Part shown: positions 24,713 through 43,685 of the stretch, one piece after another
Position numbering within the stretch: position 1 is the first letter of the stretch
Layout of the letters: each line of letters starts with the position of its first letter
NCBI GenBank assembly: GCA_951406725.2
Contig: OX597824.1
Location: 77,314,001-77,378,000, forward strand
Reading direction: 5' to 3'
DNA: 64,000 nucleotides
Source: Octopus vulgaris
Lineage: Eukaryota
Program-made: the position numbers and the translations under genes
Notes under the pieces: model-generated
Told to the model about the DNA's origin: nothing
Database searches by the model: none
Seen by the model: the letters and a program-made list of their open reading frames with translations, nothing else

Positions 24713-25652
24713 GAGAGAGAGAGACATAGAAAGCTAGAAAGGGTTTACAAATAAACTATCTAAAGAAATCACTTGATGCATGTCAATTTTCCAGACATTA
24801 AACAGTTTTTAAAAGGTTTTCTAATATTTATGGAACTTTTCCATAATATTTTTGCAAATGGTAATCTAGTTTAATCTCTAATTGTCTTGTACAATCTAAG
24901 AATTGAGCAAAATATTGTTCAGTAAGACAAAATGGCAACATGCATGGCTGGATAGAATAATCAGATAAAGGTAACCTTGGCCAGAACATAAAATGTGCAA
25001 ATTGTGCAGTGATCAATTTTTCGTATTCTCTATCCTGGCATACATTCAAATATACATACATACATATATACATACACACATGCACATATAATATGCATAC
25101 ATGCATATACACATACATAAAATACATACATGCATACACATATATATATACACACAGATGTACATATTCACTACCGGGTACATACATGTACATTGTATAA
25201 GCGAATTTAAAGAGCAAGACAGCAGGACTGAATTGTTTTATAAATATAAATCTCTGAGTGATAATAATGCTTCCTTAATTAGAAATAGCAAATACAAAAT
25301 TACTAAATACTATTATCTATAATCATTCGCTGAAAATAATTAGAAATAAAAAGAGAGGAGTTAAAAATCTATAAGATTGAGTTTAAAAATGAAACAATAA
25401 TAATCACAATTAATCTAATAGAATATGCTGAAGCTAAATAGATTTAGTTCTCCCTTCATTCTTATAATAGATTCATGATAGAATAAAGCATTTGGTAATT
25501 CTCATTATGTTTGTTATAAATATTTAACAATAACTTCTCTCCCGTTACATAGAAATTGTACCAGACACCACCAGCAACAACAGCGATAATTATAATTAGT
25601 ATGAGTATTATTGTTACTGCTGTTGTTATTATCATCATCATTTCTTTGTTGT

Positions 25653-26385
25653 AAGGCAGTGAGCTGGCAGAATTATCATCATCTCAGACAAAATGCTTAG
25701 TGGCGTTTATGTTCTGTCTTTATGTTCACCATCATCATCGTCGTCATCATTTAACGTCCGCTTTCCATGCTGGCATGGGTTGGACGGTTTGACTGAGGGC
25801 TTGCAAGCCAGAAGGCTATACCAGGCTCCAATCCGATCTAACAAACTTTCTACAGCTGGATGCCCTTCCTAATGCCAAACACTCTGAGAGTATAAGTGGG
25901 TGCTTTCTACGTGCCACCTGCACAAGGGCCAGTCAGGTGGTACTGGCATCGACCACGCTTGAATGGTGCTTCTTACGTGCCACCAGCATGTTCTGAGTTC
26001 AAATTCTGCCAAAGTTGACTTTACCTATTTCTTTACTACCCACAAGGGGCTAAACACAGAGAGGACAAACAAGGACAGACAAATGGATCAAGTCGATTAT
26101 ATCGACCCCAGTGCCTAACTGGTACTTATTTAATAGACCCCAAAAGGATGAACGGCAAAGTCGACCTCTGCGGAATTTGAACTCAGAACGTAGCGGTAGA
26201 CGAAATACTGCTAAGCATTTCGCCCGGTGGGCTAACGTTTCTGCCAGGTGAAGTTGACTTTACCTTTTATCCTTTTGAGATTTATGAAATAAGTACCAGT
26301 TATGCACTGGGGTTCGATGTAAATGACTAGCCCTCACTCCCATCAAAATTTCAGGACTTGTGCTTATAGTAGAAAGGATTATTAT
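25653..26385 (+). mobile_element. Nested cluster: outer SINE C interrupted by family D (25728-25987, -) and a young SINE C (26027-26250, -)
   Basis: TSDs ATGTTC and AAGTTGACTTTACCT (26012-26026 / 26251-26265); the outer pieces are collinear with family C. Confidence 0.85.
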
Positions 26386-26542
26386 TATTTCTTTTAATTG
26401 TCATGGGGACATAGGAGAGGTGGGCAGTGGGTAGGGGTGGTGTGATATTACAAGGATAGCTTACCGTTTGTGTGGTGGTTTGCCTAGAAATAAGGAGAAA
26501 GAATTGAAAAGATGCTAAAATGATATAAATATATAGTTCCAT

Positions 26543-27005
26543 GTGTGGCTGTGTGGCAAGTAGCTTGCTTTCCCTCCATGTGGGTCTGGCTCAGTCCCGC
26601 TTGTGTGACACCTAGGGCAAGTGTCTTCTACTATAGCCTTGGGTCAACCAAACCCTTGTGAATGGATTTGGTAGATTCCTCTGTTGAGAGGAATTCTTTG
26701 GGGTTTGAATAATTTACCTCTGGAAACATTGGTGTTTTGTTCTTCATCCGAAAACAAACTTTATTCTGGGACCTTTTGAGCAGAACGGGCTACTTGACCT
26801 GAAGAATATTCTAACTGGGCCCCACTTGCAAGGTCATGCACTATTAATCTTGATATGAGATCACCCTGTTGTGCACATATGGTTGCGATGCATGTGCCTG
26901 GTGTACCCTTATCAGACAGGTAGTCATGATGGGTATACTGGGCTTTGTATTTTTTACCCCAATATCACTTTGATGGCATGCACTTCTCTCTCACTCAATA
27001 ATGAT
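26543..27005 (+). mobile_element. SINE B 5' fragment (26543-26676) joined to a probable non-LTR retrotransposon 3' UTR
   Basis: The head matches family B; the remainder ends in CTCTCTCACTCAATAATGAT, like a (TAA)-tailed 3' end; family unassigned. Confidence 0.45.
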
Positions 27006-27528
27006 ATAAAGTAATTAAGGTAATTATGATAATATTAAACAATATGTCAAGTCTTCCTAATCAATATATTTAGGTTTCCTGCATCAGACAACTTTTGTTC
27101 AGTATCATCCAGGCACCAACATTGTAGTCTTAATACATAAGCCTAAACATGATCAGATTATTAAATCTCTACATAGTCGTCTGACCTTTGCTGAACAATT
27201 TTTTATAGCTTAATAAGAGAAGAAAGAGCAATTCTTATGACCTTTTCCAAGGCCTCAGTGACTTTCATGATTTCTTTTTTTTTCACAAATGGCTTAGTCA
27301 GAGAATGAAGGTCAGCACCTTTGACCCTTCACAAGGCTTCAGTAAATGGTGGAAGGAAGAGAAGAGTAAGTTATCATCAGAGCAGGACTTTGGTCCAATA
27401 CTTTTAAACAGAATGGAGCTACCAGCTTTTGTTCGCAAGGTAATATTGTTCAACCCAAGGCTATGGCAGAAAACAACAGACCAAGGTACTAGATAATAGT
27501 ATCAAACCTGGAACCTTATTGTTAAATA

Positions 27529-27866
27529 CATCATCATCATCGTTTAACGTCCGTTTTCCATGCTAGTATGGGTTGGACAGTTCAACTGGGGTCTGGGAAG
27601 CCAGTAGGCTGCGCCAGGCGCAATCTGATCTGGCAGTGTCTCTACAGCTGGATACCCTTCCTAACGCCAACCACTCCGTGAGTGTAGTGGGTGCTTTTTA
27701 CGTGCCATCAGCACAGGTGCCAGACGAGGCTGGCAACGGCCACAATCGGATGGTGCTTTTTATGTGTCATCGGCACGGAGGCCAGTCAGGGCAGCGCTGG
27801 TAACGGCCACATTTGGATGGTTCTCTTATGTGCCACCGACACTGGTATCACAGCTACAATTTCCAT
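27529..27866 (-). mobile_element. Family D (RTE 3' end)
   Basis: (CAT)n tail, conserved body and three internal GTGCTTTT.AYGTGCCA units. Confidence 0.88.
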
Positions 27867-27962
27867 GCAAATTTTTCAACCACAGAGCCATAACAGTCAC
27901 TCCTGTCAGTTTCAACATATGAGTGTTTGAAGAAGTGGACTTACAATTTAAAGAGAGTAATA

Positions 27963-28223
27963 AAAAATAAATAAATGCACCCTTTTAAACCCTAGCCAGG
28001 CTCATGAGCCTGGTTTCCCGGTTTCAATGGAGTATGCATTCCCTAGCTGGACGGGGCACCAGTCCATCACAGCGTTACTCATTTTTGCCAGTTGAGTGGA
28101 CTGGAGCAACGTGAAATGAAGTGTTTTGCTCAAGAACACAATGCGTCGCCCGGTCCAGGAATCGAAACCACAATCTTACGATCATGATGCTGACACCCTA
28201 ACCACTAAGCCACATGCCTCCAC
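27963..28223 (-). mobile_element. tRNA-SINE: A-related head with core Y and tail type 2
   Basis: 13-bp TSD AAAGAGAGTAATA; homologue at 60335-60512. Confidence 0.9.
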
Positions 28224-28279
28224 AAAGAGAGTAATAGAAACAAAAAAGCACTAAGAAGCTGCATCTATTTTCTGTTGTC

Positions 28280-28490
28280 TTGAGAGCACTGAACATCATA
28301 TGTGCAATGTGTAGTTGCACAATATTCTCTATGCTGTGTATATTTATAAAGTCATGAGCATTTGGTTATATATTTAGCTGCATGTTTTCCTTGTTATTGG
28401 TCGTAATTTCTAGGTATCTTAAAATTACTCTCACAGCATCTGTTACTATCAGGGTTGTTTTTGTTATTAGACCCTGCATTCCAGTTATTG
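28280..28490 (-). pseudogene. Highly decayed R4/Dong-like LINE C-terminal remnant
   Basis: Minus-strand translation MQGLITKTTLIVTDAV...IVQLHIAHMMFSAL loosely matches the R4-type MWGLKTxxIPIVIGALG...LLGTAHILRK pattern. Confidence 0.35.
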
Positions 28491-28929
28491 TAACATTGTA
28501 ACAGTTTGGCAGGAGAGACTAACGGAATAAGGACTAGACTAAAACTTTTCACTGTGGTTGACTTGTTTGACTTAAAACTCTTTGAGGCAGTGCCCCAGCA
28601 TGGCCACAGTAAAATGCCTGAAAGAAGTACAAGATAAATAATAAAGAAAATGATTCAAACAATTTCTCCATTTCTTTAACGGACACATTATCAAGTATTT
28701 ATACTTTAATTAAAAAGCATTTCCTTTCTCTAGTGGTCTTTGCGAACAATATCTGGTCAATTAGCTTTGATCTTATCTTTGACGAGTGACATATCTTAGA
28801 GCTTGATTGCCTTGTCCTTTCCTTTTACACTACTATATTTCCCAGCATACAAGTTGACATACTATATAGCATAAACATGTAGAACAAACATTCAAACATC
28901 TTCACTATCTTTCAAAATCTGCTACACTT

Positions 28930-29015
28930 CAAGAAATTTTTGAACCTCCAGTGTCATCTTGGTGTAGAAGTGGACCAATTTTTTTCTTAGCTGTGAATTT
29001 TGATCTGATCAATTC
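28930..29015 (-). pseudogene. Possible CR1-group ORF2 remnant
   Basis: Minus-strand translation IRSKFTAKKKIGPLLHQDDT resembles the CR1 linker motif RSK...IGPL. Confidence 0.3.
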
Positions 29016-29389
29016 AACTTGTACAGTGGAAAATGCAGTGCTCCTTTATGATGGGTACTTCATATCACTGGTTTCATTTCCAGTATGTGACCTCCACTCC
29101 CCAGCTCTGATATACCTGTTGGTGAATTCTGTTTTTGACAGGACTCAGTAACCAGAGATAATGTCGCTAATTGTCTCTTCCCAACCTCTTCATATTCTTC
29201 TTCTCTTTTTCCTATTATTATTGCTATACTGCATCTTTAAAACTACTTAGCTCATTTACTGCTATGCATCACTTCAAATTTTTTATTGAGGCACTTGTAT
29301 CATAGAAGTTAACAGCTCTTGAACGAAACTCAATAACCGTATAAAGAGTTTAACTACCATTAGGTTTTTCAATTAGCACTTCTGCTATA

Positions 29390-29939
<550 letters not shown>

Positions 29940-30383
29940 TATAACAGATCTGATAATTTTAATTATTCCTTCCTTTTCAAATTATATCAGTATCACTTTA
30001 CTTTCCTGCACCAGATATTATTTTCTATTTTGTGGTCTCTTACGGATGTTGATGTTGGTGTTGTGGTTCTTGTTGTGTAGCTCCAGGTTGGCTCTACTCA
30101 CTGTGAGTAGATCTATGATCAAAAGTGTTCCAACTATGACCATCCCATCTTTTTTTGTATATCTACAATTACATTGTCCTAGGTATACTTTCTTTTATCA
30201 AGTTCATATCCTGCTGTGATATGAGGAAGGATTGTTTGTTATTTCTAGCAGGCAAAAATGGCCAGTAAGAGTTTCCCTTCGATATTATTGCTATTTGTTG
30301 TTATTGTTGTAGTTGTTACTGCTGCTGTTGCTATTGCCTTACTTGTATATGTGCATGTTTGCACACTGTACATTCACCATCTT

Positions 30384-30895
<512 letters not shown>

Positions 30896-31052
30896 GCATG
30901 CATGCACATCTTGTTTATGTTGTTGCTAGTGTTCAGTTTCCAAGTCACCACATACTGAGCAAACCCATGTTCAAAAGCATTCCAACCATGACCAAACTTT
31001 TATGATATATCAGGTTCTATACTTTTCAATGTGCCCTTCCCTTTTCGTAAGA

Positions 31053-31224
31053 TAGGTGCGGGTGTGACTTTGTGGTAAGAAGTTTGCTTCCCAACCATGT
31101 GGCTCCAGGTTCAGTCCCACTGTATGGCATCTTGGGCAAGTGTCTTCTACTATAGCCTTGGGCTGACCAAAGCCTTGTGAGTGAATTTGGTAGAAGGAAA
31201 CTAAAAGAAAACTGTCTATATATA

Positions 31225-31259
<35 letters not shown>

Positions 31260-31515
31260 GTATATATATATGTATGCATTTGTATATGTGTGTGTGTCTG
31301 TGTTAGTCTCCACCACCATTACTCAACAACTAATGCTGATGTGCTTATGTCATCATAACCTAACAATTTGGCAAAAGAGGCCAATAGAATACGCACTAGG
31401 TTTACAAAGTAAATGTCCTGGGGTCTATTTCTTTGACTAAAAAAAAAACTTGTTCAAAACAGTGCTCCAGCATAGCCGCAGTCAAATGACTGAAACAAGT
31501 AAAAGAATAAGAGAA
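31053..31515 (+). mobile_element. SINE family B, diverged
   Basis: Homologous to 12306. Confidence 0.85.
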
Positions 31516-31531
31516 TAGTATGATGTGATCT

Positions 31532-31847
31532 GTGGAGGTGCAAAGGCCCAGTGGTTAGGGCAGCAGACTCACGGTCGGAGGATTGCGGTTTCGATTCCCA
31601 GACTGGGCGTTGTGTGTGTTTATTGAGCGAAAACACCTAAAAACTCCACAAGGCTCCGGCAGGGGTTGGTGGCGACCCCTGTTGTACTCTTTCACCACAA
31701 CTTTCTCTCATTCTCTCTTCCTGTTTCTTAAGTAATGCTGCGATGGACTGGCGTCCCGTCCAGCAGGGGGGAACACATACACCACAGAAACCGGGAAACC
31801 AGGCCCCTGAGCCTGGCTAAGCTTGAAAAGGGCGATGTTTATCATTT
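31532..31847 (+). mobile_element. SINE family A (tail type 2)
   Basis: Head and body as in 1275; tail GCGATGGACTGGCGTCCCGTCCAG...GAAACCGGGAAACC; 13-bp TSD TATGATGTGATCT. Confidence 0.92.
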
Positions 31848-32128
31848 TATGATGTGATCTAAAGGAGATTTAGTTACTATTTCTAGTTGGTCACATGACT
31901 ATGTACCAACTCTGTCATTGGCTCAAAGCTGCTACTGTAGTTGTTGTTCATATTATTAAAGTTGTTTGTGTTGTGTTTGTTGCAGTTACTGGTGTCAGGG
32001 ATATTTTTGTTGTTCATTTTTATAACTGTCTTCAAGGATATTTCTGATATTTTACTGTTTGTTGTCGTTCGACATCATGAGACCCAGGCACTTCATGTTT
32101 TTTTAATTCTGTGACTATTTCTATTACC

Positions 32129-32376
32129 TATTTCTTTATTACCCACAAGGGGCTAAACATAGAGAGGACAAACAAGGGCAGACAAATGGATTAAGTCGAT
32201 TATATCAACCCCAGTGCGTAACTGGTACTTAATTTATCGACCCCGAAAGGATGAAAGGCAAAGTCGACCTCGGCGGAATTTGAACTCAGAACGTGGCAGC
32301 AGACGAAATACGGCTAGGCGTTTCGCCCGGCGTGCTAACGTTTCTGCCAGCTCGCCACCTTCTATTTCTCGCCACC
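32129..32376 (-). mobile_element. SINE family C, young
   Basis: 16-bp TSD GACTATTTCTATTACC at 32113-32128 and 32377-32392. Confidence 0.92.
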
Positions 32377-32589
32377 GACTATTTCTATTACCGAAGTGAG
32401 GCCATGCTGGGGCATCCACTACCTTTTGGGTTTTTCAATTAAATGTATATCAAATGATTGGAATGAAGTCAAAAGCATGCAGGAGGGAAACATGGTACAT
32501 GTATGTATGTATGTGTGTGTTTTTGTGTTTGTTTGTATGGTTGTGTGTTTGTGCATGTTTGCCAGTGTGTTTTTGTGCATCGATATATG

Positions 32590-33410
<821 letters not shown>

Positions 33411-34228
33411 ATTGTTTTGCATTAGCTTTCCAAGCCAACAAGGATTAGACAGATCATCCATCACAATCCAATTCAGTTCTTATCCAAACGGAATTGGATT
33501 GCGTTGCCCAACTAGAAAATTGCCTACAGTTTATTCATATATTCTGCTTTGCCACCATTTCTCGAACCAGAAGCCCTTGCTAACGCCAATCAAATTTACA
33601 GAGAATATTGGATATAACTTATCTAGGTAGTAGCTCAAGAAGGCTGCAATCTCCTTGACAACGCAAGTCTACCTTTCCTCTCATTAGCCTTTGTCTCCAC
33701 TCCTGAGCCAACTGACCACTTGATAGAATCTACTGGGCATATCTCATCAAGATACCTGCATTAGTAGAAAACACTTACCAGCTAGTGTTAATTTTGTTGT
33801 TGTTGCTGCAGCTGATGGTGGTGATGGTGGTGGTGGTGGTGATAGGTATGATTGTGTTGCTGTTGTTGTTGGTGGTGGTGTTGGTGATGGTAGTAGTGAC
33901 GGTGGTGTTGGTGTTGGTGGTCCTTATAGTTGGAATTGTAATGAAATAACCATGTCTGCAGTGGTCTTGAAGCATGAGAATAAGATAAAGGAGTACGTGG
34001 ATGTGGGTGAAACAATCCTGTTTTCATTTTGCACTTAGTGACCCTGCTCTGATAAGCTGATATTCTGCCAAAAATCCTGGCTTTATTAGGGAAAAAAAAA
34101 GCCCTTAGGTTTGTTGAGATATCATTTCTTGTATAGAAACAGGCAGACCAACGTAAATTGAATAATAAATGGTGTACCTATTTCATGGAAGAACGGTTTA
34201 TAGCATAAGGTTGGTGAAGATGAGGAAA

Positions 34229-34334
34229 GGAAGAGGAAGAAGAAGAAGAAGAAGAAGAAGAAGAAGAAGAAGAAGAAGAAGAAGAAGAAGAAGAAGAAGA
34301 AGAAGAAGAAGAAGAAGAAGAAGAAGAAGAAGAA
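34229..34334. repeat. (GAA)n trinucleotide tract
   Basis: Directly visible. Confidence 0.97.
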
Positions 34335-34550
34335 AACAACCAACATTTATTGCTTAAAATGGCGAAAATATTACCCCTTCCAATGTAAGAAAAAAAAATC
34401 AGTTATACAACAATAAAAAAAAGTAATAATCAATATTTCTATTAATCAATAATTCATGTAAATGGTATAATGTAAAGAACTATCAATATTGTGTTAAAAC
34501 TGAATAGACATGGGAATAAATGTAAATATTGATTAATATCGATTATTAAA

Positions 34551-34573
34551 GATGATGATGATGATGGTGATGG

Positions 34574-34629
<56 letters not shown>

Positions 34630-34648
34630 ATGGTGATGATGAAGATGG

Positions 34649-34692
<44 letters not shown>

Positions 34693-34800
34693 GTGGTGGT
34701 GATGTTCTTGATAAAGGTGATAAAGCGGCTGATTCTATTGTTGCTGTTACTGTGGCTGCGGATGACAACGACCATGACAACAACAACAACAACAACAACA
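34551..34800. repeat. (GAT)n/(GGT)n and (CAA)n tracts
   Basis: Directly visible. Confidence 0.95.
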
Positions 34801-34931
34801 GTAACGATTTCTTTTATATTCCACTAAGGCAATGAATGGGGTGGGGGACTATCACAATGATGTACATAAAATAAGGGGGTTTACATAGAAAAATCAAATG
34901 AGTAAAACCAAATAAGTACACATGGAGTATT

Positions 34932-35152
34932 AATAATCCTTTCTATTAAAGACATAAAGCCTGAGGTTTTGGAGAAAGGGGTTAGTCAATTATATTGACT
35001 CCAGTGCTCAACCAGTATTTATTTAGTAGACCATGAAAGGATGAAAAGCAAAGCTGATCTTGGTGGAATTTGAAATTGGAATGTAAAGATGGATGGAACA
35101 CTGATAGGCACCTAGTCCAGCTTGCTAATGATTCTGCTTACTCACCGCCTTA
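34932..35152 (-). mobile_element. SINE family C, old copy (a further fragment at 35442-35546)
   Basis: Homologous to 1803-2013. Confidence 0.75.
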
Positions 35153-35241
35153 TGGTACACAAATGATGATTTCAAATTTTGGTACAAGGCTACTAAGCAT
35201 TTTGTCCTGTGTTTGAATGGTTATGCTAGCTGACCATCTTC

Positions 35242-35442
<201 letters not shown>

Positions 35443-35968
35443 CTTTTCTATATTAGGCACAAGGCCTGAAATTTTTGGGGTGGGGGCCAGTCGATTAGAT
35501 CGACCCCAGTACACAACGGGTACTTAATTTATTGACCCGAAAGGATGTTTACTATTACTCTCACTCCAGCATGAGGAATAGTAGAAGTGTTATTGAATAG
35601 TGAGTGAGAGGGTCAAAGTGTGACACACTGACCCATAGAAATTAGTTTCCGCTTTTATTGTATTAGAAGGTGGTGACCTTATGGTATACAAATAATGAAA
35701 GATGATGAAGTCCTCATGTTATGGGTAGACTGTCCTTTAGAGTGAACCAAAAGCCCCAGAGATCCAGTGTAACTTAGTGAACCGAGGGCTAGTGCCTTCT
35801 GCAAGTGTCTAGTATACTGGCTTTTAGTCAGAGTGATCCCATCTAGCCATGCTTTGCTTGGCCTGAAGCTATAGCAGCAGAAACCTGCTCAAGATGCACT
35901 ACAGTTGAACTGAATCTCAAACCAAGCAAATTTCTTAATCACGCAGCGACACCTGTGCTAATATGCAT

Positions 35969-36011
<43 letters not shown>

Positions 36012-36263
36012 TGCACGCGTGCGTGGGTACTCATGTGTGTATACAGATACCTACAAGTATGCACATACTTTATAAACAAGGAATATTCAATCCTCAGCTC
36101 ACAAATTGGAATAAGGACTTGAAATGGTTGATTCAATCAATGAGATAATACACCCACAAACATATATATATATATATATGTACATATATATACATAGATA
36201 TATATGAATATATACAAACACACATATATGTAAAGATATATATATATATGTATACATACATAA

Positions 36264-36303
<40 letters not shown>

Positions 36304-36588
36304 TATATATGCATAAATACATAATGCATACATATATATATGTATATATATGTGTGTGTGTGTGTGTGTGTGCATACGCACACATAAGAATACATATATG
36401 GAAGCAATAGGTTCAGAATGTTCCGTTTGTATGAACTATTGGTTTAATGTATCTGATGGTCATATAATAAAGAAAATTGCTACAGATATAAATCACAAAA
36501 TTTTCTTCCTTCAGTGAACAAGAAAGACATGAAACAACTAGTTGCCATGAAGAAATGATCTCCACAAATAACACAACACATACATATA

Positions 36589-36639
<51 letters not shown>

Positions 36640-36709
36640 GGATCTATCTATCTATCTAATTATCTATCTATCTATCTATCAATATATATATATATATATA
36701 GATAGATAG

Positions 36710-36744
<35 letters not shown>

Positions 36745-37026
36745 TAGATAGATAGATCGATAGATAGATAGATACATGTACATATATGTATATATGTAGA
36801 AAGATGAATACATGCATGTGTGTGTGTGTGTGTGTGTGTGTGTTTGTATATGTGTGTCGTACGTGTGCCTTGACGACCACAGTAGGTTCATCCACAACCT
36901 CATAAGATAGTTATTTGGTGAAAGGAGATCAACAGAAGAAACGCACAAAATAATACTGAAACAAGAATAAAATGAAAAAAAGCATACATAATACATAATA
37001 TACTATATAATACAATATGATATAAT

Positions 37027-37202
37027 AGGTGTAGAAGTGGCTGTGTGGTAAGTAGCTTGCTTACGAACCACATGGTTCCGGGTTCAGTCCCACTGTGTGG
37101 CACCTTGGGCAAGTGTCTTCAACTATATCCTTGGGCTGACCAAAGCCTTGTGAGTGGATTTGGTAAGTGGATTTGGGAGACGGAAACTGAAAGAAGCCCG
37201 TC

Positions 37203-37240
<38 letters not shown>

Positions 37241-37392
37241 GTGTGTGTATATGTTTGTGTGTCTGTGTTTACGTCCCCGTAACTTAATGGCGCGGCAAAA
37301 GAGACCGAAAGAGTAAGTACTAGGGGTCGATTTGCTCGACTAAAATGTGGTGCTTCAGCATGGCCACAGTCAAATGACTGAAACAAGTAAAG
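37027..37392 (+). mobile_element. SINE family B with internal deletions
   Basis: Homologous to 12306. Confidence 0.88.
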
Positions 37393-37545
37393 GTGTAAGG
37401 AGTAATATATAATATAATATAATCATCTTTGAGTTTGCTCGATTGAAAGGCATGGCCTCTAGGGCAAAATTCCTCATCTTTAAAATGTGGGCCAAGTGGA
37501 CCCGAATGAAATCGGGTTATAATACTAGATTTATATACGTGAAAA

Positions 37546-38012
37546 TGTGGTGAGCCGGCAGAATTATTAGCATGCTGGGTAGAATGCTTTGCAGCATTTC
37601 ATCCATCTTTATGTTCTGAGTTCAAATTCCACCAAGGCCGACTTTGCCATTCATCCTTTTGAAGTCGATAAATTAAGTACCAGTTACACACTGGGATCAA
37701 TGTAATCAACTAACCCCTAAATCCAGGCCTTGTACCTATAGTAGAAAGGATTATATTATATAAACACATGTCTCATCATCATTTTCATCATCATTATTGT
37801 TTTAATATCCACCTTCCATGCAAACATATATTCTTTTCTACTCTAGGCACAAGACCTGAAATTTTTAGGGAGAGGACCTATCATTTAGATCGATTCCAGT
37901 ACACAACTGGCACTTTATTTATCAACCCCAAAATGATGAAGGCAAAGTCAATGTTCATGGAATTTGAACTCAGAACAGAAAGACTGACAAAATACTGCTA
38001 AGCATTTTGCCT

Positions 38013-38014
<2 letters not shown>
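37546..38014. mobile_element. Two SINE C copies in inverted orientation (37546-37752 +, 37833-38014 -)
   Basis: Both match family C. Confidence 0.82.
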
Positions 38015-38084
<70 letters not shown>

Positions 38085-39269
38085 GATAGATAGATACATG
38101 TAACTATATATATTAAAATGATAAACATGAATGTACAAGCATACAATAATAATATATACAAATAAATTTACCTAGAGCATAAAAAATACAGAATACTAAG
38201 GAAAGAATGCAAAGTTTTAAACTCAACAGCTGTTTCTGAAAGTTCAGAATTATGTAATAGACTTAGTATTTATAATTAGCAAATGGAATGTGTCTTCTAT
38301 ACTGAGTATCTCTAGTTCTCATTTTTTGACTAAATATATACATATATATTTACACACACACCACTAAACACAAATATACATATATTTACACATATGTATT
38401 AAATATATCTAAAACCTGTATATATAATGAATATATTTAGAGATTATACAGACACACATATGGTTGTTTAGTTCATTTAATGCAAGAATCCAGTGCAGAC
38501 CTTTTGCGTTCTCTCCTCTCCATATTTTTACCTGCAAATGTTGTAGGCAGAATTGGTTGCAAATATCATCGACACTGTCCCACTTCTTATCATTAACATA
38601 AACCAAAAAAAGGACAAAAATAAAAAAAAAAACAAGTATAATGTCTGTTTCCAACATGAAGAGAATAAATGTTAGTTGCTATATCTGTAAAGACTAGAAT
38701 ACATTTAATAGACAGAAGGAAGATTATTGTGATTGAAGACTGGCATTTTGTGAAGTGACTTGTTATGATCAACATTTTCGTAGATTATGACTTTCCAGAG
38801 AAAATTCGTAGTGCTAATGAGGTCTGACTTTTTTGACATTTATAAGATGAACTTCATGGAACACAAGAAATTGGTCATTCAGAAAAAAGACTCGGTTATG
38901 GCTTGATGTGAAATTGCTGTGGCGGCAAGGTATCTAGGGGATTTAAGCCACATTACAATGAGTTCAAGCCTTGCTGTTTATAACTACGACTACTACTGTA
39001 ACTTTATTGTGTTGTGCCAATGAGGAAGAAGCCACTGTATAATTGTTTGAACCGAGAGAAATAGAAGACATGTGATATTCAAATGGCATTCTAGCTTCTT
39101 AAAGAAAGACACACAGAGGACACTCACTTATAGCTTTGTATTCATATCAATCTCTCTCTCCCCCCCTCCCTCTCTCTCTCTATCTCTCTCTTTGAATACA
39201 TGTGTATTTGTGTGTGTATTTGTATGTATATGTATATATGTATATCTGCCAATTTACCTAGTCCTTTAT

Positions 39270-39572
<303 letters not shown>

Positions 39573-40599
39573 ACGTGTTTTTTAGCAAAAGAGTGACAGA
39601 GACACTGAGATTCAGTCTTCATGGCCATAAACATGTCAAATTTGATGCATGCATTGGAGTAAAACACTGGATACTTGCATCTCTGTATCTTCTTGAGTAA
39701 ATAAAAATAGTATAAATATAAATACTCTGCTTTATGTATTAAGTTTTATTTCTCTCAATTCTAAAAACAACCTCACACAGACATATATATATATATTAGT
39801 TCATATAGATAGATTGCGTTTATAATATATTCGCTGATGGCTTCCTTAGGTTTAGCATTTTCTATATATATCGGTAATGTAATTTTAGGTGTTTAATTTA
39901 TTTTAATTTTTTAATTTTAAAAAATATATTTTCAATTTATATATTTTTATTATATTATTATTCATTTTCTTATTTTTCTATTTAACATGACTTATAATAT
40001 GTATTTTTAACTTTGATCCATTAATAATAATAACAGTAAGATATATAGCCTGAGAGCGCACTGCTGGATTTATGTATTAGGTATAGCCTTGATAAACACC
40101 CCACTAGTGCAGAAATATGTGTAGCATTGATTAAAAATATATTCTTTCCCCACAGACTAATAACAGGTAAGTTACATAGATTTTTTCAAATAATTTTATT
40201 ATTTTATAGTAGGTTTTTTTTAAATGCTTATATTACTTTATTGGATATAACTTTCTATGTGTATTCCTTACAATAAGGTTATCCTGAAATAGGAGTTGCA
40301 GTTCTATTGGTAAAATCCCAAATTTGTAATAATATTATATATGTATATTTCTGTATGTGTAAATAGAGACATATGTTTATACAAAAGTGGTCAGCAAAAA
40401 GAAGTAGCATTCAAGGTATTTAACTGGGATTTATGTATTTAATCATAATTTGGTTCAGCTTCACATTGCTTAAAGTTTCGCAGGCAGTAACATTTTCACA
40501 TGTCAAATTCCAACTCCATTCAAGCAAAGACGTGGACACTCGTTATGGCCACAAGATGTGAAGAATTATGGAGCTGAGTCAACATGTTATTAAACGCTC

Positions 40600-43195
<2,596 letters not shown>

Positions 43196-43200
43196 TAATG

Positions 43201-43685
43201 CCCAGGAAGCTCTCTTGAGGTTGTTGATTGTTTCTGTTACCTAGGTGATGAAATTAGCAATGGTGGAGGATGCTCTGAAAGTATTGTTTCTTGAATAAGA
43301 ATTGGGTGGCGGACGTTCAGTGAGCTATTATCTCTGAAGACAAGCATAGATTAGAGAGAAAGAAAGGTAGTATGCTCCGTTGGATGTGCAATATCTGTGC
43401 ACATGTATGACAAATGTATTGAGAGAAAAATTTAGCATAAGAGGAATCAAATGCAGCATGCAAGAGAGAAGACTATGTTAGTTTGGACATGTGATGTGTA
43501 TGAATGAGGGCAGCTGCATAAAGAAGTGCCGGTCACTGAAAGTGTGAAAGAGGGAGACCCAAGAAGATATGAGATGAAGTGGTAAGGATTGATCTCAGGG
43601 AGTTGGAACACATGAAGGAAATGACCATGGACTGAGATGTCTGGCAGTATGAAGTTCTTGAGAAGACCCGCCCACATCAGCAAAA
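43201..43685 (+). pseudogene. Decayed RTE-clade LINE fragment (end of RT domain and C-terminus)
   Basis: PGSSLEVVDCFCYLGDEISNGGGCSES..RIGW..FSELL, SMLRWMCN, ERRL..FGHV and RGRPKK...VLEKTR, with stops and deletions. Confidence 0.88.

Noticed and set aside
34169-34357. Protamine-like poly-Arg ORF
   Set aside because: It is a pure (GAA)n microsatellite that is open in several frames.
38410-39130. Repeat-free block as a possible exon or enhancer (also 56040-56600 and 59600-60330)
   Set aside because: There is no convincing ORF or splice pair, and a regulatory role cannot be supported from sequence alone.
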